A stretch of 64,000 nucleotides of DNA from an uncultured Bacilli bacterium. Lineage in GTDB: Bacteria > Bacillota_I > Bacilli_A > RF39 > UBA660. Positions 31,102 through 39,855 of the stretch are shown here, in pieces; position 1 is the first letter of the stretch; the number at the start of each line of letters is the position of its first letter. The stretch lies in NCBI GenBank assembly GCA_934120635.1, contig CAKOUR010000008.1:2042-66041 (forward strand), in the 5' to 3' direction. The notes under the pieces were generated by a model, which saw only the letters and a list, made by a program, of their open reading frames with translations, had not been told where the DNA came from and made no database searches. The translations under genes were made by a program, and so were the position numbers.

Positions 31102-33638
31102 TTAGATAATCCTTTCACATTTTCTAAGTTAATATCATTAATGTTATACCAACCTTCTTCAATGGCATCTAATTGTTCTCTTGTGATTTGCATATTATTT
31201 CCACAACTTGCAAGATATTTATCTTTGTTTGCTGTTAATACTGTTACAACTTCTCCACCATTATTTATCATTTGTTGAATATCTTGATTAGCATTTTCGT
31301 TATAAGCATATTTTCTAACAATACCTTGACCGTTAGCTATTCCTACTCCTAATACAATTCTTTTCGTGTCGTTATTAAATGTTGGAGTAAAAGCATTTTC
31401 CTGAAAATATGCATCAAAAACATTTCTATGTATATTTCCGTTAACAGTTACTTCGCTGCCAATTCGAATTGAATTTTTATCATAATTGTTATATTCATCT
31501 GTTTCATATGAAACATATTGATCAACATCATCATCAAGATATGTTAGATTAGATGAATCATTTTCTATGTATGAATTTGTATCATCATATTCATATGGAT
31601 TAGCATTATTATCAAGTAAGAATCCATCATCACTATCGTTTGAATAATCATTTTCTTCATTAACCGGATCTATTATCGGTTGCATATTTACAAAATCCGT
31701 ATTAGAATCTTCAGCATTTGTTAGAGATTGAATTTCCTCATCTGTTAGTAATTCTGGATGATATATTTCATCACCATTACTATATGTTGTTTGAATATCA
31801 GATGAATTATCTAACTCATCAGTATTATTTTCTATTGCTGTATTCATTTTTGGTGTAGTTATTTTTTTTGCAATTGCTGTTCCTCCTGCGCATATCAAAA
31901 CTAGAGTCACTGCAACGGAAGATATTTTTGCTATTAATCTCTTAAAAATATTCTTCTTTGGTTTTCTTACTGATTTTACCTCTTTTGATTTCTTACTTTC
32001 TTTTTTTGTTTTATTTTCTCTAGTTTGTTTTTCTGAAGATTCTAAATTGCTTGTTGTAGATTGATTTTCTGATTTTTTTCTCAAACTTTGATCTTCTTCT
32101 GTTTGGATTTTTGGTTCCTGTTTTTCGATTGATTCTTGACCTGAGGTATCAGGATTTAATATTTTTTTTAGATTTTCTTTATGTGTTTCTTGTGGTTGCT
32201 TTGTTGGCGCTCTTAATATGCTTTTTAAATTCTCTTTATGCATTTTATCTTTTTCTTCTTGTTGATGATTTTCTGCATTTTGTAAATTTTTTTGAAAAAT
32301 TGTTCTAAATTGATTTACTAAATCATCATCGTTAGTAGTTTGTGTTGTATTAGCTAAATTGTCATTATTTTTTCCTAAGTTAGCAATTGTTTTATTTAAG
32401 GCATCATTTAATTCATCATTAAAACTAGTAATTGGTTTCATAACTGATTCTGAAGGTTCAACCTCTGGCTCTACTTCTTCTGGGATATTATTTTTCTCAA
32501 AATTATCTTGCAAAGGAAGTGAAGCTCCTCTAGATACTAGTATGTTTGCTATCGCTTCTGTTTCATTAGCGACATCAGAAAAATCTTCTGGTAGTTTTTG
32601 TTCTTCTATATCTTTATATTTTTCTAGTATTTCTACTAGTTCACTATATCTAGATTTTAATTCTTCTGTCGATAAATTATTTAAATTTTCAAAATTTATC
32701 GTTTTATTTTGAGGAGATACATTATTTTCTAAATTATTTGAAGGACTATTATTAACTTTTTTTGTAGCATTACCATTAGGTTTAACTACTTTAGATTGTA
32801 AATTCTGATTGATTAAATTATTAATAATATTTTTAGGAACTAATTTCTTATTTTTATCAATTTCATTTTGAAGAAGAATTTTATCTCTTTCTATTTCATT
32901 TTTTTCTTGTTCATCCCTAGCAATAGTAGTATTGATTTCTTGAAGTTTTTCTAAATCATTTAAAATGATTTCATAGCAATTTACAATTTGTGTGTTTCTT
33001 AATAACTTTCCTTTTTCTCTTCTGATATATTTTTTTATCTTCTGAAAATCTTCAAGATATTCTTTTTTAGTAATTATATCCTTTAATTCATCTAACTTTT
33101 TAAGTTCTTCTTCTAAATGCTTTAATTCATTTTTATTTATTAATATTTCATTTTTATAATCTTCTATTGTTTTAGATGATTTTCCTGTTAAATTAAGTTC
33201 ATCTTGCAAATCTTGTTCAAGAATTTCTTCTTTAATGTCAATAGTATTTCTAGAAATTGCTTCTTGTAATTCTGATGGTAAAACATTTATATTTTGTTCT
33301 AAAAGAACTTCTAATTTTTTTCTATCACTTTCTAGTTCACTTTTTTCTTGTGGACTGCTAATTTTGATTTTTTCTAGATTTTCTATACTCTTTTTATATA
33401 TTTTTACCATATCATAGGCTTTTATGATACTCTCTAATCTTGCTTTTTCTTTTTGAAGATTATCCTTATAGTTTATTGCTTGATTTTCTTCACTTTGACA
33501 TTTAGAATCATACTCATATTTACTTATTTTACCTTTTTCTATTTTTAATTCATTTAATGTATGGTTGATACTCTTTAAAATTTCTTCAATCTCTTGTAGT
33601 CTTTCTTGATATTTATTTAATATATTTTTTTCTTCCAT
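31098..33638 (-). CDS. Large coiled-coil / low-complexity single-pass membrane protein (846 aa), unknown function
   Basis: The N-terminal ~290 aa are coiled coil with an internal duplication. A Ser/Thr/Asn/Glu-rich linker follows, with repeated HKENLK(S/K)IL, then one TM helix (VAVTLVLICAGGTAIA) and a ~230-aa C-terminal extracytoplasmic region. Confidence 0.7.
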   Translation of the reverse strand: MEEKNILNKYQERLQEIEEILKSINHTLNELKIEKGKISKYEYDSKCQSEENQAINYKDNLQKEKARLESIIKAYDMVKIYKKSIENLEKIKISSPQEKSELESDRKKLEVLLEQNINVLPSELQEAISRNTIDIKEEILEQDLQDELNLTGKSSKTIEDYKNEILINKNELKHLEEELKKLDELKDIITKKEYLEDFQKIKKYIRREKGKLLRNTQIVNCYEIILNDLEKLQEINTTIARDEQEKNEIERDKILLQNEIDKNKKLVPKNIINNLINQNLQSKVVKPNGNATKKVNNSPSNNLENNVSPQNKTINFENLNNLSTEELKSRYSELVEILEKYKDIEEQKLPEDFSDVANETEAIANILVSRGASLPLQDNFEKNNIPEEVEPEVEPSESVMKPITSFNDELNDALNKTIANLGKNNDNLANTTQTTNDDDLVNQFRTIFQKNLQNAENHQQEEKDKMHKENLKSILRAPTKQPQETHKENLKKILNPDTSGQESIEKQEPKIQTEEDQSLRKKSENQSTTSNLESSEKQTRENKTKKESKKSKEVKSVRKPKKNIFKRLIAKISSVAVTLVLICAGGTAIAKKITTPKMNTAIENNTDELDNSSDIQTTYSNGDEIYHPELLTDEEIQSLTNAEDSNTDFVNMQPIIDPVNEENDYSNDSDDGFLLDNNANPYEYDDTNSYIENDSSNLTYLDDDVDQYVSYETDEYNNYDKNSIRIGSEVTVNGNIHRNVFDAYFQENAFTPTFNNDTKRIVLGVGIANGQGIVRKYAYNENANQDIQQMINNGGEVVTVLTANKDKYLASCGNNMQITREQLDAIEEGWYNINDINLENVKGLSK

Positions 33639-33728
33639 ACTGTTTCACCTCTTGATAAAATTTTAACATAAAGTTTAATTTTATTCAATTATTCTCTTTA
33701 TGATTTACATTAAGTTTTTTGTTTTGTC

Positions 33729-33755
33729 AAAAAAAAGAATCGAGTTATCGATTCT
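33729..33755 (-). terminator. Strong rho-independent terminator after rplL
   Basis: On the minus strand, AGAATCGA-TAAC-TCGATTCT followed by T8. Confidence 0.7.
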
Positions 33756-33767
33756 TTATCATAAATA

Positions 33768-34136
33768 TTATTGTAATTCTACTGAAGCTCCAGCTTCTTC
33801 TAATTGAGCTTTTAATGCGTCTGCTTCTTCTTTTGCTACGCCTTCCTTAATTGCTCCACCATTGTCAGCGATTTCTTTTGCTTCTTTTAATCCTAAACCA
33901 GTTACTTCTTTAATAATTTTGATTACTGGTAATTTGTTTGCTCCTGCTGCTGTTAATACAACATTAACTTTAGAAGGACCAGTTTCTTCAGCTGCTGCAG
34001 CTGGTGCTGCTGCTACTGCTACTGCACTTGGATCTACTCCAAATTCCTCCTTCATTGCATCTACTAATTCTTTAATTTCAAGAATTGTCATTTCTTTTAA
34101 TGAACTAATAAATTCATCTTTTGTTAATTTTGCCAT
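33768..34136 (-). CDS. rplL: 50S ribosomal protein L7/L12
   Basis: Ala-rich hinge ([12 protein letters not shown]) and C-terminal [16 protein letters not shown]...EAGA.VEL. Confidence 0.95.
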   Translation of the reverse strand: MAKLTKDEFISSLKEMTILEIKELVDAMKEEFGVDPSAVAVAAAPAAAAEETGPSKVNVVLTAAGANKLPVIKIIKEVTGLGLKEAKEIADNGGAIKEGVAKEEADALKAQLEEAGASVELQ

Positions 34137-34163
34137 TATAAATTCCTCCTTATATTTTTATTA

Positions 34164-34658
34164 TTAATTTTCTTCTTTTTCTTTTGAATATAAATCTAGA
34201 CAGATAGATAAATCTCTTACAGTACCCATTAATCCACCTGCTAACATTGTTAACAATCCTTCTCTTGATGGAATTGATGCATATGAATTTAATTCTTCTA
34301 CATTTGCAACCTTTCCTTCTACTACTCCAGCCTTTAATTCTAAAGCTTCGTGATTTTTAGCAAATTCACTAATAATTTTTACTGGAGCAAGTTCATCACT
34401 AGAGAATGAAATTGCTGTTGGTCCTTCTAGATAATTATCTAATTCTAGACCACTATCTGCGATCGCTCTTTTTGCTAAAGTATTTTTATATACTTTATAG
34501 TCAGATCCTGATTCTCTTAAATTTCTTCTTAATTCAGTTACTTCTGATACTTTTAATCCACGAGGATCAAATAAAACGATCGATTTTGCATTGGCGAATT
34601 TTTCTTTTATTTCGTCAATAACAACTTGCTTTTGTTCTAGGATTTTAGCATTTGCCAT
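34164..34658 (-). CDS. rplJ: 50S ribosomal protein L10
   Basis: Position upstream of rplL; F.DPRGLKVSEVTELRRNLRE..., KVYKNTLAKRA. Confidence 0.95.
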   Translation of the reverse strand: MANAKILEQKQVVIDEIKEKFANAKSIVLFDPRGLKVSEVTELRRNLRESGSDYKVYKNTLAKRAIADSGLELDNYLEGPTAISFSSDELAPVKIISEFAKNHEALELKAGVVEGKVANVEELNSYASIPSREGLLTMLAGGLMGTVRDLSICLDLYSKEKEEN

Positions 34659-34833
34659 CTATAACAACTCCTTTCTGTTCTTTATGCCTTAAAAAATCTC
34701 TCAGAATAATTTCCGAGAGATAAAAAGATTCTTCCACTTTATTCCTCGGTAAGATTATTAAACACTTTTTTTGTGTCCTTACTGTCTTGGGCATAAATTT
34801 CTGATTACGCGTTATATTATATAATACTTAAAA
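34659..34833 (-). promoter_or_regulatory. Candidate L10 (rplJ) leader with an internal attenuator hairpin
   Basis: 175-nt gap upstream of rplJ. On the mRNA, ATCTCTC-N12-GAGAGAT (34696-34721) is followed by U6. This is the location expected for the Firmicute L10 leader. Confidence 0.5.
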
Positions 34834-35529
34834 TTATTTGTCAACACTTGTTAAATCAATTTTTACTCCAGGTCCCATTGTAGATGAGATAGAGATATTT
34901 TTAACATAGTTTCCTTTAGCAGTTGATGGTTTTGCTTTAAGTATTACTTCGATAAATGCTTTTAAGTTTTCTACTAATTTTGCATCTTCAAAACTAGTTT
35001 TTCCGAAAATACCATGAACGTTACCATAACTATCTGTTCTATAGTTTACTTTACCTTTTTGAGTTTCTTCTATTGCTTTTGCTACATCTGTAGTAACTGT
35101 ACCTGTTTTAGGGTTAGGCATTAATCCTTTAGGTCCTAATAATTTACCAATTTTACCTAATTGAGGCATCATTTCTGGAGTTGCGATGATAACATCAAAG
35201 TCAAACCAATTTTCTTTAGCAATTTTATCAATCATGTCAACATCTCCTACATAATCTGCTCCAGCAGCAGTAGCAGCTTTGGCTTGATCTCCTTTTGCTA
35301 ATACTAAGATTTTTTTTGTTTTACCAGTTCCGTGTGGTAATACAACAGCTCCTCTTAATTGTTGGTCAGCTTTTTTTACATCTAGGTTTAAGTTCATTGC
35401 TACTTCTAGAGTTTCATCAAATTTAGAATTTGATGTTTTCTTTACTAATGCAACGGCTTCTTCAATAGAATAACTTTTATTTTTATCAACTTGTTCTAAG
35501 TTTGCAACGTATCTCTTGCTCTTTTTCAT
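34834..35529 (-). CDS. rplA: 50S ribosomal protein L1
   Basis: [51 protein letters not shown]. Confidence 0.95.
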   Translation of the reverse strand: MKKSKRYVANLEQVDKNKSYSIEEAVALVKKTSNSKFDETLEVAMNLNLDVKKADQQLRGAVVLPHGTGKTKKILVLAKGDQAKAATAAGADYVGDVDMIDKIAKENWFDFDVIIATPEMMPQLGKIGKLLGPKGLMPNPKTGTVTTDVAKAIEETQKGKVNYRTDSYGNVHGIFGKTSFEDAKLVENLKAFIEVILKAKPSTAKGNYVKNISISSTMGPGVKIDLTSVDK

Positions 35530-35603
35530 TTTTTTACCTCCTTTGTGGTTCGTGCGGACTTTAATCCTTCCACTTAATAGGAATTATCCTACTCTAGGAA
35601 TTA
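35530..35603 (-). promoter_or_regulatory. rplA leader carrying a candidate L1-binding stem-loop
   Basis: mRNA reads UAAGUGGAAGGAUUAAAGUCCGCACGAACCACAAAGGAGG. GUGG pairs with CCAC, and it shares a 12-nt motif with the rplK leader. Confidence 0.35.
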
Positions 35604-36023
35604 TTAATCTTTAATTTCGATTCCCATGTTACGAGCTGTTCCTTCTACAATTTTCATTGCAGAGTCAACATCGTAAGCATTTAAATCTGGCATTTTAGTT
35701 TCAGCAACTTCTTTTAATTGGTCACGAGTAATTGTTGCAACAGTTTCACCTTTAGTTGTTCCTTTTGCAATTTTAGCAACCTTTTTAAGTAAGAATGGTG
35801 CTGGTGGAGTTTTTAATACTAAGTCGAAACTTCTATCATCATAGATAGTGATTTCAACTGGTAATACATCTCCCATTTTATCTTTTGATAAGTCATTAAA
35901 TTTTGTACAAAATTCTTGTAAGTTAATTCCTGCAGGTCCTAATACTGTTCCAACTGGTGGAGCTGGTGTAGCACGTCCAGCAGGGATTTGTAATTTAATT
36001 TTCTTCGTAATTTCTTTTGCCAC
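35604..36023 (-). CDS. rplK: 50S ribosomal protein L11
   Basis: KLQIPAGRATPAPPVG..LG, PPA..LLKK. The most plausible start is GTG at 36023, 5 nt after GGAGGTG. The track's start at 36032 overlaps the RBS. Confidence 0.95.
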   Translation of the reverse strand: MAKEITKKIKLQIPAGRATPAPPVGTVLGPAGINLQEFCTKFNDLSKDKMGDVLPVEITIYDDRSFDLVLKTPPAPFLLKKVAKIAKGTTKGETVATITRDQLKEVAETKMPDLNAYDVDSAMKIVEGTARNMGIEIKD

Positions 36024-36039
36024 GAAAAACACCTCCTAA

Positions 36040-36158
36040 TTAAATTTGTTATTTTTTCGCGAGTGGTTCAAACGGGTGGAAAAGTTAGATTTGGTAATTG
36101 TCCGCCCTCTTCTTTTTACTTTTCTCTCCTTCCACTTATTAAACCTAATACTTGCTGC
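36040..36158 (-). promoter_or_regulatory. rplK-rplA leader with a candidate 23S L1-stalk mimic
   Basis: mRNA reads AAGUGGAAGGAGAG...GAGGGCGGAC...AACUUUUCCACCCG. GUGGAA pairs with UUCCAC, enclosing a GGCGGAC element reminiscent of the L1-stalk GGUGGGAGG...GGACGCC...CCACCC. Confidence 0.4.
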
Positions 36159-36165
36159 GGTTATA

Positions 36166-36194
36166 ATCATAACATAATTTTTTTTCATTTTCAA
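36166..36194 (-). promoter_or_regulatory. Promoter for rplK-rplA
   Basis: On the minus strand: TTGAAA (36194-36189), 17 nt spacer, TATGAT (36171-36166). Confidence 0.45.
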
Positions 36195-36235
36195 CTATTA
36201 ATTGCTTTTATTTCAGTAAATACATACCTTTTTTA

Positions 36236-36772
36236 CTAATCGATACTAGAAATATCTGCTAAATCTACTTCAACTTTAGTTGCTTGACCAAATAAATCCA
36301 CGTTTACGTTTAATTTTTGGGTTTTCATATCAACACTTTCAATTGTACCTTCCATATCTTTGAATGGTCCTTCTAAGATGCGTACCTTTTTTCCTGATTC
36401 TAATTCTTTAGAAGCATCTATTCTGCTTAAGCCCATCTTACCTAGAATGTCATCTACTTCATTTGGTGGTAATGGGATTGGTTTTGCTCCTTTTCCAGAT
36501 GATCCAATAAAGCCTGTTACTCCTTGTGTATTTCTTACGATATACCATGCTTCATCAGACATTACCATTTCTACTAAAACATATCCTGGTAACATTTTTT
36601 TGATTTTTTCTTTTTTTATTCCATCTTTTACTTCAACAATTTTTTGTTCTGGTACAACGACACGATAAATATTTTTGTGAAGTTCCATAGAATTAATCAT
36701 CATTTCTAATTTTTCTTTTACTTTATATTCGTAACCTGTTACTGTTGTTACTACATACCATTCTTTTTTCAT
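36236..36772 (-). CDS. nusG: Transcription termination/antitermination factor NusG
   Basis: KEWYVV.T..GYE.KVKE, PGYVLVEM, and a KOW motif (GKKVRILEGPFKDMEGTIESVD). Confidence 0.95.
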   Translation of the reverse strand: MKKEWYVVTTVTGYEYKVKEKLEMMINSMELHKNIYRVVVPEQKIVEVKDGIKKEKIKKMLPGYVLVEMVMSDEAWYIVRNTQGVTGFIGSSGKGAKPIPLPPNEVDDILGKMGLSRIDASKELESGKKVRILEGPFKDMEGTIESVDMKTQKLNVNVDLFGQATKVEVDLADISSID

Positions 36773-36966
36773 TATGCGCTCACACTCCTTAATAGCGATA
36801 CTAATAGGTCAATTACATAAAAATACGCTCCTAGCGCTACCATAAAACCTATTGTTGTTAAAGAGTACTTTGCTAAATCTTTTCCGTTTGTCCAACGAAT
36901 ACGACTGATTTCTTTTTTTACTCCTTTGAAATAATTTTTGATTCCATTGATTATTTTTTTCATCAA
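36772..36966 (-). CDS. secE: Preprotein translocase subunit SecE
   Basis: 64 aa with E.SRIRWTNGKDL and a single C-terminal TM helix. Overlaps the nusG start by 1 nt. Confidence 0.85.
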   Translation of the reverse strand: MMKKIINGIKNYFKGVKKEISRIRWTNGKDLAKYSLTTIGFMVALGAYFYVIDLLVSLLRSVSA

Positions 36967-37021
36967 AATCCTCCTTTAATCTTGTATTTGACTAAAATAA
37001 AAACACCTTCGTGTTGGTATA

Positions 37022-37050
37022 AATATAGCACTAGCAAGTGTTTTTGTCAA
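37022..37050 (-). promoter_or_regulatory. Promoter for secE-nusG
   Basis: On the minus strand: TTGACA (37050-37045), 17 nt spacer, TATATT (37027-37022). Confidence 0.5.
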
Positions 37051-37142
37051 TTATATTCCACATATTTTAGGATAAAATACTTCATTATCTTTTTCCTATT
37101 TATATAAAGGAAAGTTTTTATAAGTATTTTTATACTTTATTT

Positions 37143-37172
37143 GGTAATAATATTACCAATATAGGTAATATT
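37143..37172 (+). promoter_or_regulatory. Candidate operator upstream of the XRE regulator
   Basis: GGTAAT-AAT-ATTACC palindrome (37143-37157) plus a third half-site GGTAATATT (37164-37172), ~70-100 nt upstream of the 37244 start. Confidence 0.4.
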
Positions 37173-37243
37173 TAAATCATATTGTTTTTTGTGCTGAAAA
37201 GTATGTTTATAATGATTTTATTGTTGTTTTAGGAGTTGATAGT

Positions 37244-37570
37244 ATGGAGTTTGGTGATAAAGTTAAATTGCTTAGAAAGAAACATGATTTATCACAAGAA
37301 AGTTTAGCTACCATTTTGAAAATTAATCGAAATTGTTTATCTAGGATAGAAACTGGAAAATCAGAACCTTCTTTGTCAATAATTCGTGATATTGCTGAAT
37401 ATTTTAAAGTAGATGTAGCAAGTTTAATGGATATTAAGAATAAGAAGTTTGATACTAAAGATAAGATTAAAATGATAGTAGATGGTTGTCAATATCTTAT
37501 GGATGATGATTTAGATTTTTTAATTCGTGTTATTTCTGTAATGAGAGAAGAATATGTAAAACAAAAATAA
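37244..37570 (+). CDS. XRE-family HTH transcriptional regulator
   Basis: KVKLLRKKHDLSQESLATILKINRNCLSRIETGKSEPSLSIIRDIAEYF is a canonical Cro/C1 HTH. Confidence 0.8.
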   Translation: MEFGDKVKLLRKKHDLSQESLATILKINRNCLSRIETGKSEPSLSIIRDIAEYFKVDVASLMDIKNKKFDTKDKIKMIVDGCQYLMDDDLDFLIRVISVMREEYVKQK

Positions 37571-37662
37571 TTTTTTGTATTAGTTAATAGCTTTTTTTCT
37601 GATTAAATAAATTATAATAAATTTATTTATATTTTTATATTTTGAGTAAACAAATGTTAAAT

Positions 37663-37707
37663 AAAAAAGACTGTATTAATATTTTTTATTTTATACGGTC
37701 TTTTTTA
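37663..37707. terminator. Bidirectional terminator between convergent genes
   Basis: AAAAGACTGTA...TACGGTCTTTT stem (one G-T pair) flanked by an A-run and a T-run. Confidence 0.5.
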
Positions 37708-37734
37708 TTGGAACTATTACTTCTATTTTTTATT

Positions 37735-39708
37735 TTAAAATGGTTTATTGACAGAATACTTTTTTAATCCTTGCATCCAATTATAAATATATGGTGATAT
37801 TACTTTGTATCCTTCTTCGTTTAAATGTAAAGTATCTGGCAAATAATCATTTGTATTAACTTTTAATATTTCGTTGTAGCTTTTACCACCACTTTTACCA
37901 AAGTAAAGATCAATATACTGAACTTTCCATTTTTCTAATACTTTCTTCATTTGAGTATAATATGGTGAAGACTTACTATATACCCTCTTTTCATTATTTG
38001 GAGTTTGATAGTTAATAATATATCCAATTCTAGAATTAGGCCATTGATGTACAGTTTTATATAAATAGTCTTCTAACCCACCTATAAATGTTGTCGTGTC
38101 ATAATTTCCGGAAAAATCTGTTGCGTTATAAGATCCTAAAGTAACATCATTTGCAATATCATTACATCCACCATGAAGGATAATAAAATCATAATTATTA
38201 GATTTTTCAGTAGTTACAACGCTATTAATCCATTTTCCAGTTTTTGTATTGGAGATTCTATATCCACTATTTCCACTGTTTTTTGAAGATTTTAAATCAT
38301 ATTTATCTCCAATATAGTTTGCCCATGAGTATCCTGATGGATATTTTCCATAAGTAATAGAGTCACCAAAGAAAATAGCCGTTTTGTTGTATGTAGTACT
38401 TTTCTTTATTGTGTAATCAGTAGAAGCATTGGTACCATTATTTCCTTTAGCAATACAGTGGATACTATTATCCCCTATAATAAGCCCTTCTTTTGAAGAA
38501 CACTCTAATTCTCCAGATGATACTCCATAACTAACATTTATATTATCTTTCAAACTATAATTAGTATCAGAGTCTATTTTTACAATAGATGATTTTGTTG
38601 AAATTGTAGGCGTTTCATTATCTACAAAATATTTTTTAGTATCACATAGATTCTTTTCATATTTATCTTTGTTAGTAACAGTTACACATATGTATTGAGA
38701 ATTTAAATTGTTACCGAATTTTACTTCAAAATTATTGTTTTCTAATTCAGCATTAACAGAAGGTGTGCAGTCATTAGAAGTTGCAATACAATATTTTGCA
38801 GACGTTATTTCACTGTTGGAAGTAATTTTAACCTTTCTTGTAGCACTAGTATAATATTTACTAGTTCCTTCTACTTTTTCTTCTGAAAATATAATTTGTG
38901 GTTTAGCAGACTCTATTCTGGTTAAAATTAAATCATTTATAGTGATCTTATTATCTTGATCGAAATCTACATCCTCTATTTTTATTTTATTACTTTCTGT
39001 CCCCAATAAGTAATTTCTAATATTTTTTATATCAATATCATTAATGTTGTCATCTGAATTTGTATCTCCTTTAAGTGCATATACAGAAAAAGGAAAAATG
39101 ATTAAGAATAATAAGGCTACTTTTATTTGTTTATTTTTTCTAAACAACCGTAAAGAAATAATAAAAATTAAAATAGAAAATATCAATATTAAAATAATAT
39201 AGATTAATCTAGAACCTGTTTTAGGATTAGAATTATCATCATCATCGTATGAAAAATTTACTTGATTTGAACTTTTTACAAATTTAGCTTGTATATTTGT
39301 ACTTTTATTCTGAATATTTTCTAACTTTAAATTCTTGCTTATACTAATATCTTCCAGTCCTATTGTATAATTTCTTTCTTTCGAAAAAATAAAGTTACAT
39401 TTTAAAATTTTTCCATCAACTGGTTCGATACTATCTATTAATAAAATGTTATTATTGCTATTAAATGTGACATTTTTGTTGTCACTAAAGCAATTATCCA
39501 ATGATAAACTTTCATTTTCAAATGAAAGTTTTGCTATTAACCCATGTATCTTCTCTGTACTATTTATACTAACTATTAAATTTTTATCTTTAACTTCTGA
39601 AGTTAAATTAATATTATTTGTTTCAGCATATACATTACTGCTAAAAAGTAAACTAAAAATTATTGCTGTTAGTAAATTTAGTTTAATTTTTTTCATCCTA
39701 TTATCCAC
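37735..39708 (-). CDS. Composite surface protein: signal peptide, cohesin-like module, NPKTG sorting signal, second signal-like helix, dockerin, Ig-like region, SGNH/GDSL hydrolase
   Basis: Signal peptide ...SSNVYA/ET. NPKTG plus a hydrophobic stretch plus RLFRKNK. Dockerin repeats GDTNSDDNINDIDIKNIRNYLLG and DVDFDQDNKITINDLILTRI. SGNH blocks FFGDSITYG, GNSGYR, HGGCND, DTLHLNEEGY. Confidence 0.75.
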   Translation of the reverse strand: MDNRMKKIKLNLLTAIIFSLLFSSNVYAETNNINLTSEVKDKNLIVSINSTEKIHGLIAKLSFENESLSLDNCFSDNKNVTFNSNNNILLIDSIEPVDGKILKCNFIFSKERNYTIGLEDISISKNLKLENIQNKSTNIQAKFVKSSNQVNFSYDDDDNSNPKTGSRLIYIILILIFSILIFIISLRLFRKNKQIKVALLFLIIFPFSVYALKGDTNSDDNINDIDIKNIRNYLLGTESNKIKIEDVDFDQDNKITINDLILTRIESAKPQIIFSEEKVEGTSKYYTSATRKVKITSNSEITSAKYCIATSNDCTPSVNAELENNNFEVKFGNNLNSQYICVTVTNKDKYEKNLCDTKKYFVDNETPTISTKSSIVKIDSDTNYSLKDNINVSYGVSSGELECSSKEGLIIGDNSIHCIAKGNNGTNASTDYTIKKSTTYNKTAIFFGDSITYGKYPSGYSWANYIGDKYDLKSSKNSGNSGYRISNTKTGKWINSVVTTEKSNNYDFIILHGGCNDIANDVTLGSYNATDFSGNYDTTTFIGGLEDYLYKTVHQWPNSRIGYIINYQTPNNEKRVYSKSSPYYTQMKKVLEKWKVQYIDLYFGKSGGKSYNEILKVNTNDYLPDTLHLNEEGYKVISPYIYNWMQGLKKYSVNKPF

Positions 39709-39855
39709 CTATCCTTATATTAAGATAATTATATCAAAAGAATATAGATAAGTATATAAATTAACAATAATTTTTTATAATCATTGTAAATCTATATACT
39801 TGTTTTTTCTTGTTTTTTTGATTATAATTTTTATAGAAAGAGGGGAGAAGTAAAG

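Noticed and set aside
30779-31105. Two overlapping plus-strand ORFs (94 and 108 aa)
   Set aside because: They are antisense to the DUF1292 gene and give Ser/Phe/Leu-rich shadow translations.
36024-36032. Upstream GTG start for rplK used by the ORF track
   Set aside because: It overlaps the GGAGGTG Shine-Dalgarno sequence. The GTG at 36023 has correct spacing and gives the canonical AKEITKK... N-terminus.
36060-36085. GGTTCAAAC sequence resembling a tRNA T-arm
   Set aside because: No acceptor, D or anticodon arms can be drawn around it. It lies within the rplK leader.
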